Notes: a model not told the origin generated them from the letters alone. A stretch of 64,000 nt of DNA from Felis catus (GCF_018350175.1 NC_058376.1:14198001-14262000), one strand, 5' to 3'. Positions 39,251 to 54,031 are shown, counted from the first letter of the stretch. A program made the numbers and translations.

Positions 39251-40180
39251 GATGACACTCATTTCTTGATGTTGAAATTTGAGTGTGGAGCAGAAGAAAT
39301 GATACCCGATTTGTACTCATTTCCAACTAGGATAGTTGTCACAGTGAAAAGTAATTTAAATTTTGGATTCTGCCTGAATCTGAACATAGTAACCTAGACA
39401 ATGAAGATAAGCAAAAACATCACAAACAAACAAACAAACAATATCCCCCCTCCCCACCACTGTATGTCTGGTGAGTGAAAGGTTGGAGTTTCAGTTTAGT
39501 TGAGAAGAAAGGGAATATTTGTCCTTAGACACTAGTAAAGAGAGAATCTCATTTATAGATGTGAGGCTACAAAGCTAGGTTTCTTGATCTCAGCACGTTT
39601 GCCATTTGACATGAGGAATTTCAATGATGTTGAGGGCTATTCTGTGTCCTGAAATGGGCATCATCCTAGGTTTTACCACACAGAGCCAGTAGGTATCTGC
39701 GGCAAGTATGTGGGTGGAAGAAGCCTGGTAAAATGTTGCAATGATTCCAGAAAGGAGATGAATTTTTCTTTCCTTATGGACAGAGGTAGATGTTTTACAA
39801 GTGTGGAGAGATCAAGAAGGAGAAATATTTCCTAAAAATCCCTCAGCCTTCTTGTTAAATGATTGAAGAGTGTGAACATGGATTTTACTTTTACTTAGAG
39901 CACATGATTCTACCGAGAAATGTTTTATGGCAGAATGAAATAAAATGCTGTTTTTAATAAACCTGGAGTCTCCTTAATAATGAGCTTACATTGCCCAAGA
40001 CATTGTTGATTGTTGACAGTGACTGGCACAGTACAGTTGCTTACATATTTGTTGGGTAAGTCAGGGGATGAGTGACATGCTCTGCTATTACTGACAGTAT
40101 ATAAGGGTCCAAAGCAAGTAGAAGACACGCACTTCACCACATCCTCCCACAACCCACGTGAATTCTCTTCTCTTGGCAAG

Positions 40181-40402
40181 ATGTGTTGCAACTATGGCAA
40201 CTCCTGTGGCTATGGCTGTGGATATGGCTATGGCTGTGGATGCGGTCCCTATTATGGCTGTGGTTATGGCCTCCGTTATGGCTGTGGCTATGGCTCCTGC
40301 TGTGGCTATGGCACCAGATATGGCTGTGGCTATGGCTATGGCTCCAACTGCTGTGGCTACCGGCCATTTTTCTATAGAAGATGTTATTCCTCTTGCTGCT
40401 AG
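40181..40402 (+). CDS. KRTAP21: KRTAP21-like copy 3 (73 aa, class B)
   Basis: Intact ORF with 21 Gly, 16 Tyr and 16 Cys in 73 aa; TATA 40098; AATAAA 40684. Confidence 0.93.
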   Translation: MCCNYGNSCGYGCGYGYGCGCGPYYGCGYGLRYGCGYGSCCGYGTRYGCGYGYGSNCCGYRPFFYRRCYSSCC

Positions 40403-42329
40403 AACATCAATGTCCAAACCCCACTTGCTTCTGAAACGACACACCTTAAGAGAAGGCTCATTCAAGGATCTATACCCCAAGATTTATATATCGAAAACAT
40501 TGTATGTGTAATAGAAGATTTGACCTCCAGTAACATTTGTAAGATGGCAGCTTGTGGCTTGAGGCTATGGAGTATCATCTAACAGTTTTCCAAAGTGTTG
40601 GTCTTACTCCCTTAATATGGATTCTGTGTTGTGACTGTGGCAAGGATTTGAACATCCCACATTTGGGCAAACCCCTTATTCTCAATAAAAATGTTTCATT
40701 CCTTCTATCAAATGTCTCTGTTCTTTCTTGAGAAAGCCTCCTTTCTTGAGGTGTTATGGCCTCTCTTGAAAATGGGCTGACAATATATTTCATGTACCCG
40801 GGTCTCTTTCTGGATATCATACCAGCATTTCTTCTCTTACATGCATCGATATAGTGTCTTCTCCACCTAAGTCTCATATCCCTAACACTCCAACACAAAT
40901 CACACAGTATTCCAGAACTGTGCCCTGGAAATCACACTGTAGGTATAATGCATGTGGAGGGAAAAGACGAGGATGAGGAGGGATGGCATCTCCTGGGAGG
41001 TTGTGACAGAAGCCAAAGGGGAAGGGGGTGTGGCCTAAGCACTTAAAGGATGAATGTGATGGAAGAGAGAGTTTCTGGTATTCATGAGAAATTGGAAGCT
41101 GCCTCAGCTGAAGTGTAAAGAACCAAGGAAAGGGTACGTTAGAAGCAAAGCGTGGTATCATATCATCTGAATTGGATGGATTTGCTAATATATTTGTTGG
41201 CATAAAATGAGTTTGAAGATACTGATTTAAGTCACTTAATTGACAAATCCTTTTGAATGTGTTTGAAAGAGAACCATCCTACACACTGAATACACAGCAG
41301 ATAAATTGTAGATGAATTTCCTACCCTCAGAGTGTATATATTTTGTTGGTTTTAATAAATATTTTACAAATTAATTATGACAAATTTAGACACATAATTT
41401 GCTTGGAGAGAATAAAACAGCTTCCTGGGGAAGAGAATGAAGGTTCATTAAATATTGGAGAGATAGTTCGGGGTGGTACTTTGATGTTCGGTGTCAAACG
41501 AACTGATCAAGTTGAAAGAATGGGCAGAAAGGGCAGTACCAAGCAGAAAGGGGAAGAGAAATTCATTATGTGTTGGGTATGATCAATGGTGCCACAGTTT
41601 TCAGTTGAAAAGAGGAAGGAGTAGGGCTTTAATGGTGTCCTTTAGTGTCTTCCCTGGTGCGTATACAAGAATGGAATGAGAAGCCCAGTCCTTTCTGAGT
41701 TTGAGAACCTTCCGTTTGTTGGGGTCTGACTTCAGTGTCCTTTCCTCAGGTGCCATTCCAGAGCTCTCACCTTTAGATCCTACAATAGAAAATGTATTTC
41801 AGACTCAAATTCAACCAGCAGTGAAAAACCAATCACTGACTCATATGCATGGCAAAGGTGAGTGCACAAAGTCTGAGTGTGAGGATCCTAGAGCCAGGAG
41901 ACTCTAAACCATGTCAAATTCCAAGGAGGATGGCCTTGCCATCGAGGACAGCCCTGGATGGAGGCTATGCCCAGTATAGTAAGTGTCCTGCTGATGAAGA
42001 ATTAAGCCTTCTCTCAAGAGATGGAATATATGGGATAGTCTAAATCTGGAACACATGGGATAGTCTAAATCTGATGTGATGACTGAGTGTGCTCTGAGTT
42101 AGTCTAGGATGGGTACATCCTACAAACAGGGAAAAGAATTTTAATAATTACAGTTTTATGAAAATCTATTCATTGTTCCATTATGTTCCTTGTCTTTGAA
42201 AGCTTCTGAAGGAGGGAAGAATATCATCAATTAGGCACGTATATTATAATTTACATATGTAGTAAAGTTCTGGTTATTTATAAGGCATAGAAGAACATAT
42301 GGAACAATGTGTTCACAAACAGACAACAA

Positions 42330-42564
42330 TATTAATTAATTAACTAATTAATTAATTAGAAAAATTTTCATTTATTTATTTATTTTTTGAGAGATGGTGT
42401 CAGCCTGGGAGGGGCAGAGTGAGACGGAGACAGAGAATGTGAACCAGGTTTCAGGCTCCAGGCTGTCAGCATAGAGCCCTACATGGGGCTCGAACTCACA
42501 AACTGTAAGATCATCACCTGAGCTGAGGTTGGGCTCTTAACCAACTGAGCCACCCGGGAATCCC
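42330..42564 (-). mobile_element. Can-SINE in a Z-type spacer (same insertion as 54032-54322)
   Basis: SINE body flanked by cagacaac direct repeats; AT-rich (TTAA)-like tail. Confidence 0.9.
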
Positions 42565-44226
42565 CAGACAACTACCTTTAAAGTGTGAAATTTGAAACTC
42601 TCTTAGTCCAAGAATATAGGAGATTTTCAGGTTGAATGGAATGAGAATATTGCGATAATATATTGAATTATCTTATAACTTCTAAATGGCACACCAACAT
42701 TTCAACACATTTTTGTCTTAACGCATTTTTTAATTGGAGATATACTGACAGAATTCAAATTATGTGCAAGGCTGTACTTCATCTGGAAAGAGGGGTACAC
42801 AGAATAAAAGATTTTTTTTTCCTGCCATTATGCATCTGTATTCAGAAACCTGAATGGAAAGGTACTAGAAATAATGCAATAGAGCTAGAAAACTTTTTCA
42901 ATAGGTCAGGAGTATTGTGACAAGAAAGAGGGTGTTAGAAAAGCAAAGTGGGTATTTTAGGGATTTTGTGCATTAGAGCTGATAGTTGTGAATTTCAAGA
43001 ATGGTAGACAAGTAGCGAAAATTAAGCTACAGAACAATTGTAGTGGGTATATTTTCCTTAAACTCGTTGTAAGGGATGAATCACAGCAGAGGGATCACAT
43101 ACCCCAGTCTAAAAGTAGTAGGAAATACTGTCAACTGAAGGAAAAATGTCTACTAAGGAAAGATCACAGGAAAGGAAATCAGCAGTTTTATGAAATACCC
43201 AGGTGAAAGCATTCAGGAAAAGACTGGTTGTCACACATTTCTTTGATGGGAAATTTTAGCGAGGAGTAGAAGGAATGATTTTCCTGAGTTTCTACTCCCT
43301 TGCAGCTTGGATTTTTTAGTTGTCATAGTAAAAAGTAATGCAAATTTTGGATTCTGCCAGATTCATACAATCGTGATTTATGTAAAGCCTAGGCAACCAC
43401 GATATGCAAAAGCATCCAAGAAACAACCATACAAACAAAAAACAGAGACACCTTGCTTCCTTCCTTCCTTCCTTCTTTTCTTGTTTTCTTTTTGACTTCA
43501 TGTCTGGTAATGGAATGATTGGATAAAGGGTTTAGTTAAGAAAAAAGGAAGTATTTGCAATTAGACACCAATAAAGTGAGAATATATAGATGTAAGATTC
43601 AAACCAAGGTTTTTGATCTCAACACTATTGGCATTGTACAGCAGAAGTTCCAGTGTTGTTGGGCTTTGTTCTGATGGCTGGAATTTGCATCTTCCCTCCT
43701 TTATCACACATGGAGCTAGTAGGTATCTGCAGTAGGTATCTGGGTGTGAGCAGGCAGGCAAAAATTTGCAATGATTCCAGAAAGGAGATGGGAGTTATTT
43801 CCTTCCCTATGGGGACATGTAGATAGTTTAGGAAAGAGGAGAGATCAAGAGGATAAAATTTTCCTAAATGTCCCTCAACGGTGATATATAAAGTAAATTA
43901 AGTGACGGTAAGTTGTTAAGGTGGATACCAGTTTTACATATGGCCCATGATTCTAGTGAGAGAATTCTTTGGCAGAGCAAATTAAAATGCTGTTCTTTAA
44001 ATATAACTGGAGACTCCAACAGAATGAAGTCACATTTCCCAAGACTTTTATTGATTGTTGACAGTGAGTGGCATACCAGAAGTGCTTACATATTTGTTGG
44101 GTATGTCAGGGGATGAATGGTATGTTCTGTCAATTACTGACAGTATATAAAGGTCCAAGGCTAGTAGAAGACACACAGTTCACCACATCCTCTCACAACC
44201 CACGTGAATTCTCTTCTCTTGACAAG

Positions 44227-44496
44227 ATGTGTTGCAACTACAGCAACTCTTGTGGCTATGGCTGTGGCTATGGCTGTGGCTATGGCTACGGCTGTGGCTA
44301 TGGCCCCTATTACAGCTGGAGTTATGGACCTGGCTATGGCTGTGGATATGGCTCCTGGTATGGCTGTGGCTCTGGCTGTGGATATGGCTCCTGCTGTGGC
44401 TATGGCCCCAGATATGGCTGTGGTTGTGGCTATGGCTCCAGCTGCTATGGTTACCGGCCATTTTGCTATAGAAGATGTTATTCTTCTTGCTGCTAG
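44227..44496 (+). CDS. KRTAP21: KRTAP21-like copy 4 (89 aa, class A)
   Basis: MCCNYSNSCGYG..RPFCYRRCYSSCC; TATA 44144; AATAAA 44771. Confidence 0.92.
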   Translation: MCCNYSNSCGYGCGYGCGYGYGCGYGPYYSWSYGPGYGCGYGSWYGCGSGCGYGSCCGYGPRYGCGCGYGSSCYGYRPFCYRRCYSSCC

Positions 44497-47400
44497 AACA
44501 TCACCCCGTTGTCCTCTAAATAAGACACATCTAATGAGAGGGCTGAATCAAGGATTCATACCTCACATTTTCTATATCCACGAAATTGCGTGCTTCACAG
44601 AGACTCTCACCTCCAAGCAACATTTCTAGAATGGCATCTTGTGTCTCAAGGCTGTGTGGTTTCATCTGACTCTTTTATAAATGTTGGTCTTTATTCCCCT
44701 ATTCTGGATTCTGTCATCTGACTGTGGCAACTAGCCTAACACCCCACAGTTGGGCAAATTCGTTATTCTCAATAAAAATGATTCTTTGCTTCTAATATAT
44801 CTCTGTGTTCTTGCTTGTGAATTACTCCTTTTTTTGGAGTATTATGACTTCTCTTGAGAATCTAGGTGACAATATGTTTCATGAACATGAGGGCTCTTCC
44901 TTCATATAATGCAAAAGTTTCTTCTCTATGTGCATCAGAGAAAATGCCTTTTCTACCTGTGTCTTCCACCCCTTATGCCCAGGCCCTCACACCTCAACAC
45001 AAATCACAGATATTTCAGAACTTTCATCTGGAAGTCACACTTAGTGTAGAATGGAGGTGGAGAGGAAAGACAAGGAGAGATGTTACCTTTTTAGGAGGTT
45101 GTGAGATAAGCTCCAGGGAGAGGAGGTGTGGCCTGAGTACTTCAAGGATGAATGGAATGGAAGCGGGAGTTTCCACATTAACGAGAAATTAGAAATGGAC
45201 TCAGGTGTCTAATGAACTAAGGAAAGGAAAATTTAGAAAAAAGATGTGGTATTGTATCATCTGTAATTTAATGGAAGTCTGGATGTATTTGTTGGCATAT
45301 ATTGAGAGTGAAGAAATTGATTTGTGAGTCACTTAACTCACAAATAGTTTAGAATGGTTTTGAAAGGGAACTATCCTACACTCTGAAGATACAGGAGGAA
45401 AATTTGGAGTACTTTCTTGCTCTCAGAGTGTTGACATTCTAATGGCGATATTTAAAAATAAGTAGGAATTATTTGAAATTAATTTGGAGAGATCATCCCT
45501 ATGGAGGCAATAAAACATCTTTCTGGGGAAGAGATTGCAGGCTGAAGTATTGCGGACATAGTTCAAGGATGTATTTTGACATTTTGTGTCAAATGAACTG
45601 ATGCCATTTGAAAGAAATACTAGAAAGAACAGTTGTAAGTATCAAGGGGAAAGAGAAATTCATGAAGGTTGGGGTTTGATTGTTGGTGCCACATATTGTA
45701 GTGGAAAAAAGCAAGGGATAGTTTGGGAGTTGTGAGCTTACTATTGTGTTGGGATCTTACCAAAGTATCTTTTCCTCATATGCCTTCCAGATCTCTAACA
45801 GAGCGTACATCAGAAAAAAGTGTCTTCAGACTCAATTTCTGCCAGCAGAAAAAATGACTCACTGTCTCATCTCCATGACAAAAGTCACTGCAGAAAGTCT
45901 GAGTCTGAGGACACTGGAGCTAAAGGTCTCCATCCACAACATGGCCAACTCTAAGGAAGATGACCGTGCCATCAAGGTCAGCCCTGGCATGAGGCTATGC
46001 CCAGGATATTAAGTGTCCTGCTGTGGAAGAAACAGAGCTTCTGTCAAGGGTTTGAAGTTTTCAATATGGAACATTCTAAGTATGTTCTGAGGACTGCCTG
46101 TGCTCTGGGTTAGTCAAGGGTGGGTAAATCCTACAGACAGGGGAAGGAATTCCAATAATTACAGTTTGTTAAAAATCTCATTGTTCCATTATGTTCCTTG
46201 TCTCTGAAGGCTTTCTGAAGTAGGGAAGAACATCATTAGTTAGGCGTGTATATCACAATTTACATATCCATAAAGGGTCGAAAATTTTTTAGGTATATAA
46301 GATAACTTGCACGTCTGTGACAAGGTGTTCATAAACTGACAAGTATCCTCAAAATGTGATATTTGAATCTCACTAGTTAAAAACTTTTGAGACTTTCAGG
46401 ATGGAAAGAGTAGAATGGAATGAGAACATGGTGATAATATATTGAATTATCTTATAACTTGTACTGGCACACCAACATTTGAACACGATTTTGTTTAATG
46501 CATTTCTTTACTGGGGAAATATTGACTGAATTCAAATTATGTGCCCAGCTCTACTTCATCTGGAAAGAGGGGTGCACAGAAGAGATTATTTTTCTGCCAT
46601 TATGGATCTGTATTCAGAAACCTGAATGGAAAGTTCAGGTTAGAAATACTGCAAGAAAGCTGGAAAACTTTTCCAATAGTCAGCAGTATTGTGACAAGAA
46701 AGGGGTTGTTAGAAAAGCAAAGTGTGTATTCTAGGGATTTTGTGCATTAGAGCTTATAGCTGTGAATTTCAAGAATGGTAGAAAAGTAGAGAAAATTAAG
46801 CCAAAGAACAATTGTAGTGGGTATATTTTCCTTAAACTTCTGGTAAGGGATGAATTAGAGCAGAGTGATCAGATAGAGTAGTCTAAAAGTCGTAGGAAAT
46901 ACTGTCAACTGAAAGAAAAATGTCTAGAAAGGAAAGATCACAGGAAAGGAAATCAGCAGTTTTATGAAATTCCCAGGTGAAAGCATTGAGTGAAAGACTG
47001 GATGTCACTCATTTCTTTGATGGGAAATTTTAGCATGGAGTAGAGGAATGATCTTCCTGAGTTTGTACTCCCTTCCAGCTTGGATATTAGAGTTGTCACA
47101 GTAAAAAGTAATACAAATTTTGGATTCTTCCAGATCATAAAATGGTGATTGATGTAAAGAGTAGACAATGAATATGAGCAGAAACATCCCAAGAAACAAC
47201 CATACAAANNNNNNNNNNNNNNNNNNNNNNNNNNNNNNNNNNNNNNNNNNNNNNNNNNNNNNNNNNNNNNNNNNNNNNNNNNNNNNNNNNNNNNNNNNNN
47301 NNNNNNNNNNNNNNNNNNNNNNNNNNNNNNNNNNNNNNNNNNNNNNNNNNNNNNNNNNNNNNNNNNNNNNNNNNNNNNNNNNNNNNNNNNNNNNNNNNNN

Positions 47401-48237
47401 NNNNNNNNNNNNNNNNNNNNNNNNNNNNNNNNNNNNNNNNNNNNNNNNNNNNNNNNNNNNNNNNNNNNNNNNNNNNNNNNNNNNNNNNNNNNNNNNNNNN
47501 NNNNNNNNNNNNNNNNCAATGGAATGATTGAATAATGGGTTTAGTTGAGAAAAAAAGGAAGAATTTGGAATTAGACACCAATAAAGAGAGAATATATAGA
47601 TGTGAATTTACAAACCAAGGTTTCTAGATCTCAACACTATTAGCATTGTACAGCAGAAGTTTCCAGTGTTGTTGGGCTTTGTTCTGATGACTGGAATTTG
47701 CATCTTCCCTCATTTATCACACTTGGAGCTAGTAGGTATCTGCAGTAGGTATCTGGGTGTGAGCAGGCAGGCAAAAATTTGCAATGATTCCAGAAAGAAG
47801 ATGGGAGTTATTTCCTTCCCTATGAGGACAGGTAGATAGTTTAGGAAAGAGGAGATAATAAGAGGACAAAATTTTCCTAAATGTCCCTCAATGATGATAC
47901 ATAAGGTAAATTAAATGACAGTAAGTTGTGAAGGTGGGTACCAGTTTTACATATGGCACATGATTCTAGTGAGAGATTCTTTGGCAGAGCAAATTAAATG
48001 CTGTTCTTTAAATATAACTGGAGACTCCAACAGAATGAAGTCACATTTCCCAAGACTTTTATTGATTGTTGACAGTGAGTGGCATACCAGAAGTGCTTAC
48101 ATATTTGTTGGGTATGTCAGGGGATGAATGGTATGTTCTGCCAATTACTGACAGTATATAAAGGTCCAAGGCTAGTAGAAGACACACAGTTCACCACATC
48201 CTCTCGCAACCCACGTGAAATCTCTTCTCTTGACAAG

Positions 48238-48471
48238 ATGTGTTGCAACTACGGCAACTCTTGTGGCTATGGCTGTGGATATGGCTACGGCTGTGGCTAT
48301 GGGCCCTATTATGGCTGTAGTTATGGACCTGGCTATGGCTGTGGATATGGCTGTGGATACGGCTCCTGCTGTGGCTATGGCACCAGATATGGCTGTGGCT
48401 GTGGCTATGGCTCTGGTTGCTGTGGCTACCGGCCATTTTGGTATAGAAGATGTTATTCTTCTTGCTGCTAG
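48238..48471 (+). CDS. KRTAP21: KRTAP21-like copy 5 (77 aa, class A)
   Basis: MCCNYGNSCGYG..RPFWYRRCYSSCC; TATA 48155; AATAAA 48752. Confidence 0.92.
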   Translation: MCCNYGNSCGYGCGYGYGCGYGPYYGCSYGPGYGCGYGCGYGSCCGYGTRYGCGCGYGSGCCGYRPFWYRRCYSSCC

Positions 48472-51400
48472 AACATCACTGTCCAAGACACATTTGCTTC
48501 TGAAGTGGCACGGCTTAAGGGAGGGCTGATTCATTGATTTATACCCCAAGATTTCTATATCCAATGAATTGCATGCTTTTGGTAATTGTGACCTCTATTT
48601 AGCAATTGTATGAAGGCTTCCTGTGGCTGAGGCTATGTGGTATCCTCTGACTATTTTCCAAATGTTAGTCTTCACTTCCCTAATCTGTGTTCTTTGTTGA
48701 GACTGTAGCAACATATCTAAAATCCCACAGTGAGGCAAATCCCTTATTCTCAATAAAAATGTTTCATTTTTTTTCTAAGTAATCTCTGTGTTCTGGCTAA
48801 TGAATGACTCCTTTTTGAGGTGTATGGCATCTTTTGAATCTTGGGCAACAATATATTTCATGAATCTGGGTCTCTTCCTAGATATAATATAAACCTTTCT
48901 TCTCTTATGTGCATCGGAGATAATGTCTTCTCCTATTTCTTGTATCCATAACACTGCAATATAAATCACACTGTGTAAGAACTATGTCCTTGAGGTAACA
49001 CTGTATCTAGAATGGAGCTGAGGGCTGGAGGGGTAAGAGGAAGAGTTAGGACACCTCTTTGGGAAGTTGTGACACAAGCTCAAGGGGGAGGAAGTATGGC
49101 CTGAGTGCTTCGAGGATGAATGGGGTTGAAGAGAGAAATTTTGGGATTAATGAGAAATTGGGAGCCGCCTCTGTTGAGATGTAAGAAACTAAGGAAATGA
49201 GAAGCAAAAGAAAAATGTGATATTGTATTATCTGCATTTTGATGGAAGTGCAAATACATTTTTTGCATATACTGAGTTTCAGTAAATTGATTTAAGTCCA
49301 TTAATTTCCAAATTGTTTTGAATGTTTTTGAAAGGGAACTGTCATACACTCTGAAGGCACAGTAGAAAAATTATAAGTGAATTTCTTGCTGTCAGATGGT
49401 TTCATTCTAGTAGGTTAAAAAAAAAGAAGAATTAATTCAGATAAATTTAGAGAGATAATTCCTATGGTGTGAATAAAACAGCATCCTTGAGAAGATTGAA
49501 GTATTGCAGAATTAGTTCAAGGATGTATTTTGACATTTTCTGTCACATGAACTGATGTCAGTTTCCAGAAATACTAGAAAGGACAGTTGTAAATGTAAAG
49601 TAGAAACAGAAATACATAAGGTTTTGGTATGATCAGTGGTGCCACGAGTTTTAGTGCAAAAGAACAATGGCTAGTGCCTTAAATGGGCTCTCTAATGGAG
49701 CAGATATAAAGTGTAATTAATAGTTCCAGTTAATTTTCTGAGTTTGAATGCGTACTACTTTGATGGATTCTGATTTCAGTGTGTTTCTCTCATGAGACTT
49801 TCCAGACCTCTAACATTTAGATCCTACAACAAAAATTGTCTTTCAGACACAATTTCAACCAGCAGAATAAAAGACTCACTGTCTCGTCTCCATGGCAAGG
49901 GTCACTGCACAAAATCTGGGTCTGAGAACCTTGGTTCTGGAGACTCCACAACTTGGCCAGTTCCAAGGAAGATGGCTCTGCCATCAAGGTCAGTCCTGGA
50001 GGGAAACTAAGCCCAGGATATAATGTGTCTTACTGATGAGGAAAGAGATGTTCTTTCAAGAGCTGGACAATTCTCACAGATGGAACATCTGTAAGTCATT
50101 TCTGGGGACTGACTGTGCTCTGGATAAATCAGAGGTGACAAAATTGTATACACAGGGAGAGTCAATTCCAATCATTACAGTGTGTTGAACATAGAACTTA
50201 TGGTTTCAGAAGGTTCATTTTCATTGAACACTACCTGAAAGAGGGCAGAATAGTATTTATTAGGCACGTATCTCATACTTTCTATTTCTAGTAAAGAGTT
50301 TATCATTTATTAAGTATATGACATAACTGGTATATCTGTAGAAATGACTTTGAAACCTAACAGATATCTTCAAAAGGTGAAATTTGTGACTGTTTTAGCC
50401 ATGAACTTTTGGGACTTTCGGCTTGAATGAATTGAGAACATTATGACCTATATCCACATTCTTATAGATTCTAAGTGATACCAACGTTTGAACATGGTTT
50501 TGTTTTAATGTGTCTTGTTTGTTATTGGCAGAAATATTGAGTTGAGATTATGTGCCAGGCACTATGCTTAGAACTAACCGATGATTCAAGGACACACAGA
50601 AGAAAAGATTTTTTTTTGCCATTAAACATCAGTGTCCTGAGCTCTTAATGGAAGTATATAGAAATAAGGCAATAAAGATAGGAAGTGTTTTTCAATAGTT
50701 TGTGGGCATTGTGACCAGAGAGTGGCTGTTTAAAAAGTATCATGTCTTGTGCATTGGAATTTATGGTTTTGAATTTCAATAATGATGGAAAAGTAGGAAA
50801 ATTAAAGGTAAAGAACATTTGTAAGGGGATATATATGTTTTATATTTGTTGTTAGGGATGAAGCATAGTGGAGTGATCAGATAACCCATAAGCAATATTA
50901 GAAAAAAAAACCAGTAAGAAATATTCTCAACCGAAGGAAAAATATCTAAAAATGAAACTTCTCGGAAAAGGAAATCAGCAGTTTGCTTAAAATCCCTGTA
51001 GAAGTCATTCAATAAAGGACTGGATGACTCTCATTTCTTGGTGTTAAAATTTGAGTGTGGAGTAGAAGAAATGATACCTGAATTTGTACTCATTTCCAAC
51101 TAGGATTTCATTGTTGTTACAGTGAAAAATAGTTTAAATTTTGGAATCTGCCTGGATATGAACATAGTGACCTGGACATTGAAGATAAGCAAAAACATCA
51201 CAAACAAATAAACAACATCCTCCCCCCCCCCCCCCCACTGTATATCTGGTGATGAAAGGGTTGGACTTTCAGTTTATTTGAGAAGGAGGGGAATCTTTGG
51301 ACATAGACACGAGTAAAGAGAGAATCTAATTTATAGATGTGAGGGTATAAAGCTAGGTTTCTCGATCTCAGCACTTTTGACATTTGACATGAGGCACTTC

Positions 51401-51957
51401 AGTGGTGTTGAGGGATTTTCTGTGTCATGAAATGGGCATCATCCTAGGTTTTACCACACAGAGCCAGTAGGTATCTGCGGCAGGTATGTGGGTGCAAGAC
51501 CTGGTAAAATATTGCAATGATTCCAGAAAGGAGATGAATTTTTCTTTCCTTATGGACAGAGGTAGATGTTTTACAAGTGTGGAGAGATCAAGAAGGAGAA
51601 ATAGTTCCTAAAAACCCCTCAGCATTCTTGTTAAATGATTGGAGATTGTGAACATGGATTTTGGTTTTACTCAGAGTCCATGATTCTACTGAGAAATGTT
51701 TTTTGGCAGAATGAAATAAAATGCTGTTTTTAATAAACCTGGAGTCTCCTTAATAATGAGCTTACATTGCCCAAGACAATGTTGATTGTTGACAGTGACT
51801 GGCACAGCACAGTTGCTTACGTATTTGTTGGGTATGTCAGGGGATGAGTGACATGCTCTGCTAATTACTGACAGTATATAAGGATCCAAAGCAAATAGAA
51901 GACACACACTTCACCACATCCATTCACAACCCACGTGAATTCTCTTCTCTTGGCGAG

Positions 51958-52161
51958 ATGTGTTGCAACTACGGCAACTCCTGTGGCTATGGCTGCGGAT
52001 ATGGCTATGGCTGTGGATGTGGTCCCTATTATGGCTGTGGTTATGGCCTCCGTTATGGCTGTGGCTATGGCACCGGATATGGCTGTGGCTATGGCTATGG
52101 CTCCAACTTCTGTGGCTACCGGCCATTTTTCTATAGAAGATGTTATTCCTCTTGCTGCTAG
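51958..52161 (+). CDS. KRTAP21: KRTAP21-like copy 6 (67 aa, class B)
   Basis: Intact ORF; TATA 51875; AATAAA 52444. Confidence 0.92.
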   Translation: MCCNYGNSCGYGCGYGYGCGCGPYYGCGYGLRYGCGYGTGYGCGYGYGSNFCGYRPFFYRRCYSSCC

Positions 52162-54031
52162 AACATCACTGTCCAAACCCCACTTGCTTCTGAAATGACA
52201 CGCCTTTAGAGAAGGCTCCTTCAAGGATCTATACCCCAAGATTTATATATCGGGAACATTGCATGTGTCATAGAAGTTTTGACCTCCAGTAACATTTGTA
52301 ATATGGCATCTTGTGGCTTGAGGCTATGGAATATCATCTAACAGTTTTCCAAAAAGTGTTGGCTTACTCCCTTAATATGGATTCTGTGTTGTGACTGTGG
52401 CAAGGATTTGAACATCCCACATTTGGGCAAATCCCTTATTCTCAATAAAAATGTTTCATTCCTTCTATCAAATGTCTCTAGTCTCTCTTGAGAAAGCCTC
52501 CTTTCTCTAGGTGTTATGGTCTCTCTTGAAAATTGGACTGACAATATATTTCATGTACCGGGGTCTCTTTCTTGATATCATACAAGCATTTCTTCTCTTA
52601 CATGCATCGATATAATGTCTTCTCCACCTATGTTTCATATCTCTAGCACAGTACTGCAGAACTGTGCCCTGGAAATCACACTGTAGGTAGAATGGATGTG
52701 GAGGGAAAAGACGAGGATGAGGAGGGATGGCATCTCCTGGGAGGTTGTGACAGAAGCCATAGGGGAAGGGGGTGTGGCCTGATCACTTAAAGAATGAATG
52801 TGATGGAAGAGAGAGTTTCTGGCATTCATGAGAAATTGGAAGCTGCCTCAGCTGAAGTGTAAAGAACCAAGGAAAGGGTACGTTAGAAGCAAAGCGTGGT
52901 ATCATATCATCTGAATTGGATGGATTTGCTAATATATTTGTTGGCATAAATTGAGTTTGAAGAAGTTGATTTAAATCACTTAATTGACAAATCCTTTTGA
53001 ATGTGTTTGAAAGAGAACCATCCAACACAATGAATACATAGTAGAAAAATTGCAGATGAATTTCCTACTCTCAGAGTGTTTACATTTTGTTGGTGTTAAT
53101 AAATATGTTACAAATTAATTATGACAAATTTAGACACATAATTTGCTTGGAGAGAATAAAACAGCTTCCTGGGGAAGAGAATGAAGGTTCATTAAATATT
53201 GGAGTGATAGTTCGGGGTGGTACTTTGATGTTCAGTGTCAAACGAACTGATCAAGTTGAAAGAATGGGCAGAAAGGGCAGTACCAAGCAGAAAGGGGAAG
53301 AGAAATTCATTATGTGTTGGGTATGCCACATGGTGCCACAAGTTTCAGTTGAAAAGAGGAAGGAGTAGGGCTTTAATGGTGTCCTTTAGTGTCTTCCCTG
53401 GTGCGTATACAAGAATGGGATGAGAAGCCCAGTCCTTTCTGAGTTTGAGAACCTTCCGTTTGTTGGGGTCTGACTTCAGTGTCCTTTCCTCAGGTGCCAT
53501 TCCAGAGCTCTCACCTTTAGATCCTACAATAGAAAATGTATTTCAGACTCAAATTCAACCAGCAGTGAATAACCAATCACTGACTCATATGCATGACAAA
53601 GGTGAGAGCACAAAGTCTGAGTGTGAGGATCCTAGAGCCAGGAGACTCTAAACCATGTCAAATTCCAAGGAGGATGGCCTTGCCATCGAGGTCAGCCCTG
53701 GATGGAGGCTATGCCCAGTATAGTAAGTGTCCTGCTGATGAAGAATTAAGCCTTCTCTCAAGGGATGGAATTATCACACATGGCATAGTCTAAATTTGAT
53801 GTGATGACTGAGTGTGCTGTGAGTTAGTCTAGGATGGGTACATCGTACAAACAGGGAAAAGAATTCTAATAATTACAGTTTGTTGAAAATCTATTCATTG
53901 TTTCATTATGTTCCTTGTCTTTGAAGGCTTCTGAAGGAGGGAAGAATATCATCAGTTAGGCATGTACATTATAATTTACATATCTAGTAAAGTTCTGGTT
54001 ATTTATAAGGCATAGAAGAACATATGGAACA

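Noticed and set aside
41343-53793. Short ORFs repeated in Z spacers (MLVLINILQ.., MRTFRLLGS..)
   Set aside because: They are conserved only because the spacers duplicated recently; they use non-ATG starts and are disrupted in X and Y spacers.
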